Assembly: GCA_030390025.1 (NCBI GenBank)
Contig: CM059432.1
Coordinates: 40,426,001 to 40,490,000, forward strand
Direction of reading: 5' to 3'
Source: Squalus acanthias
Taxonomy: Eukaryota
DNA: 64,000 nt
The notes under the pieces are model-generated. The model worked only from the letters and a program-made list of their open reading frames with translations. It was not told the origin of the DNA and did no database searches. Shown one piece after another: positions 63,119 through 64,000 of this stretch; the stretch's first letter is position 1; each line of letters begins with the position of its first letter. The position numbers and the translations under genes are program-made.

Positions 63119-63558
63119 CTGAAAAATGGAACAACTAAAAAGATCAAAGTGTACTTCATCTTGAACCACAACAAAAGAAGGAACCTTGCACAGTTAAAGG
63201 GCCAATGTCATCATTAACATTGTTTGTTGCATTTTATTTTTATTTTTTTTAAACAGTTTTAAAAGAATCACCCAGCACAGACCACACAATGAGCTTAGAA
63301 ACATAATTTCAAACGAAAGTGCAGAATGAGGAAAGAACATTTTGCCAATCAAGCCTGCTTCTCCCATAGGTTCTGTACAATATGCCATATCGGAGACTCT
63401 ATCCCACTTATTTCCAATAAGTTTTTTCTCTATTTTCCTGGAAACTGGGAAAACAATATTGAAGTACCTCAGCAATAGAGGGGAACCTTCTAAGAGGCCA
63501 AGAATATGGGCAGATGCCCTGGGAAACAGCATCTAAATTTGGGATATCTCAAACATAC

Positions 63559-63808
63559 CTGTCACGTTGACATAGATGGTGGTGAAGGAGGCTAATGGAA
63601 CTGCAGCCACATTCTGAGCCCTGACTCTAAGTGTGAAAAACTTTGTTCCCTCAAAATCCAGTGGTTCTGCCACTAAAATTGAGGCAGATCCATCAGCACG
63701 ATTGGGTTTCAGGTAGAATCGAACAGGCATGTTTGTTTCTGGAACCTGACCTTCTTCCAGGTTGTATGTAACTCTTGGATCCCCAAGAGGAGATGTTGCC
63801 TTGATAGT
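63559..63808 (-). CDS. cadherin exon 1 of 21 in window (cadherin repeat: TIKATSPLGDPRVTY...PLDFE...IYVNVT)
   Basis: AG acceptor at 63810-63809, GT donor at 63558-63557; 250 nt, phase 0 to 1. Confidence 0.9.
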
Positions 63809-64000
63809 CTAAAAATCACAAAAGGTGAAAACTCAACATTAAACCCACTATAATCACTGATCAGAACAGTCTGCATTGAAAACAATTACATATCTCACTC
63901 TGAATAAAGTAAAATACATGCAACATCAACAGTGCTACACCTAATATGTTGGGGGGGGGGGGTGTTGTATGATATTTATATTTTCTTGCCATCCTTCCTA

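Larger units (their letters stand above)
9459..63808 (-). other. Multi-exon gene (5'-incomplete): type III classical cadherin, neural-cadherin-like (DN-cadherin/cHz-cadherin architecture)
   Basis: 21 exons with canonical AG/GT ends and consistent phases give one open frame of 1871 aa. It has 8 DxND-type calcium linkers, an NC domain with GSP, 4 EGF-like and 2 laminin-G domains, a TM segment, the YDEEGGGEEDQ motif and a GSLAGSLSS...DWG catenin-binding tail. Confidence 0.93.

Overview
This is vertebrate genomic DNA, most likely a cartilaginous fish; that is inferred from the repeat mix of CR1, CR1-Zenon, Penelope/Neptune, L2 and DeuSINE. The main gene is the 3' part of a minus-strand type III classical cadherin (DN-cadherin/cHz-cadherin-like, 'neural-cadherin-like'). 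I traced 21 GT-AG coding exons from 63808 to the stop at 9459. They splice in consistent phase into 5616 nt (1871 aa): 9 cadherin repeats (first partial), NC domain, EGF-LamG-EGF-LamG-EGF-EGF, transmembrane segment and a p120/beta-catenin-binding tail. The 5' end lies beyond the window. A CpG-rich putative promoter and first exon of a second minus-strand gene sits at about 3150-3520. Introns are filled with decayed LINEs, SINEs, Penelope elements with hammerhead ribozyme motifs, and Harbinger/hAT MITEs. The most unusual observation is a CR1-Zenon-type LINE (50354-53226) that starts with a tRNA-like Pol III promoter, has no TTTT run over about 2.9 kb, and has SINEs in the same window that are its 5' and 3' ends joined.
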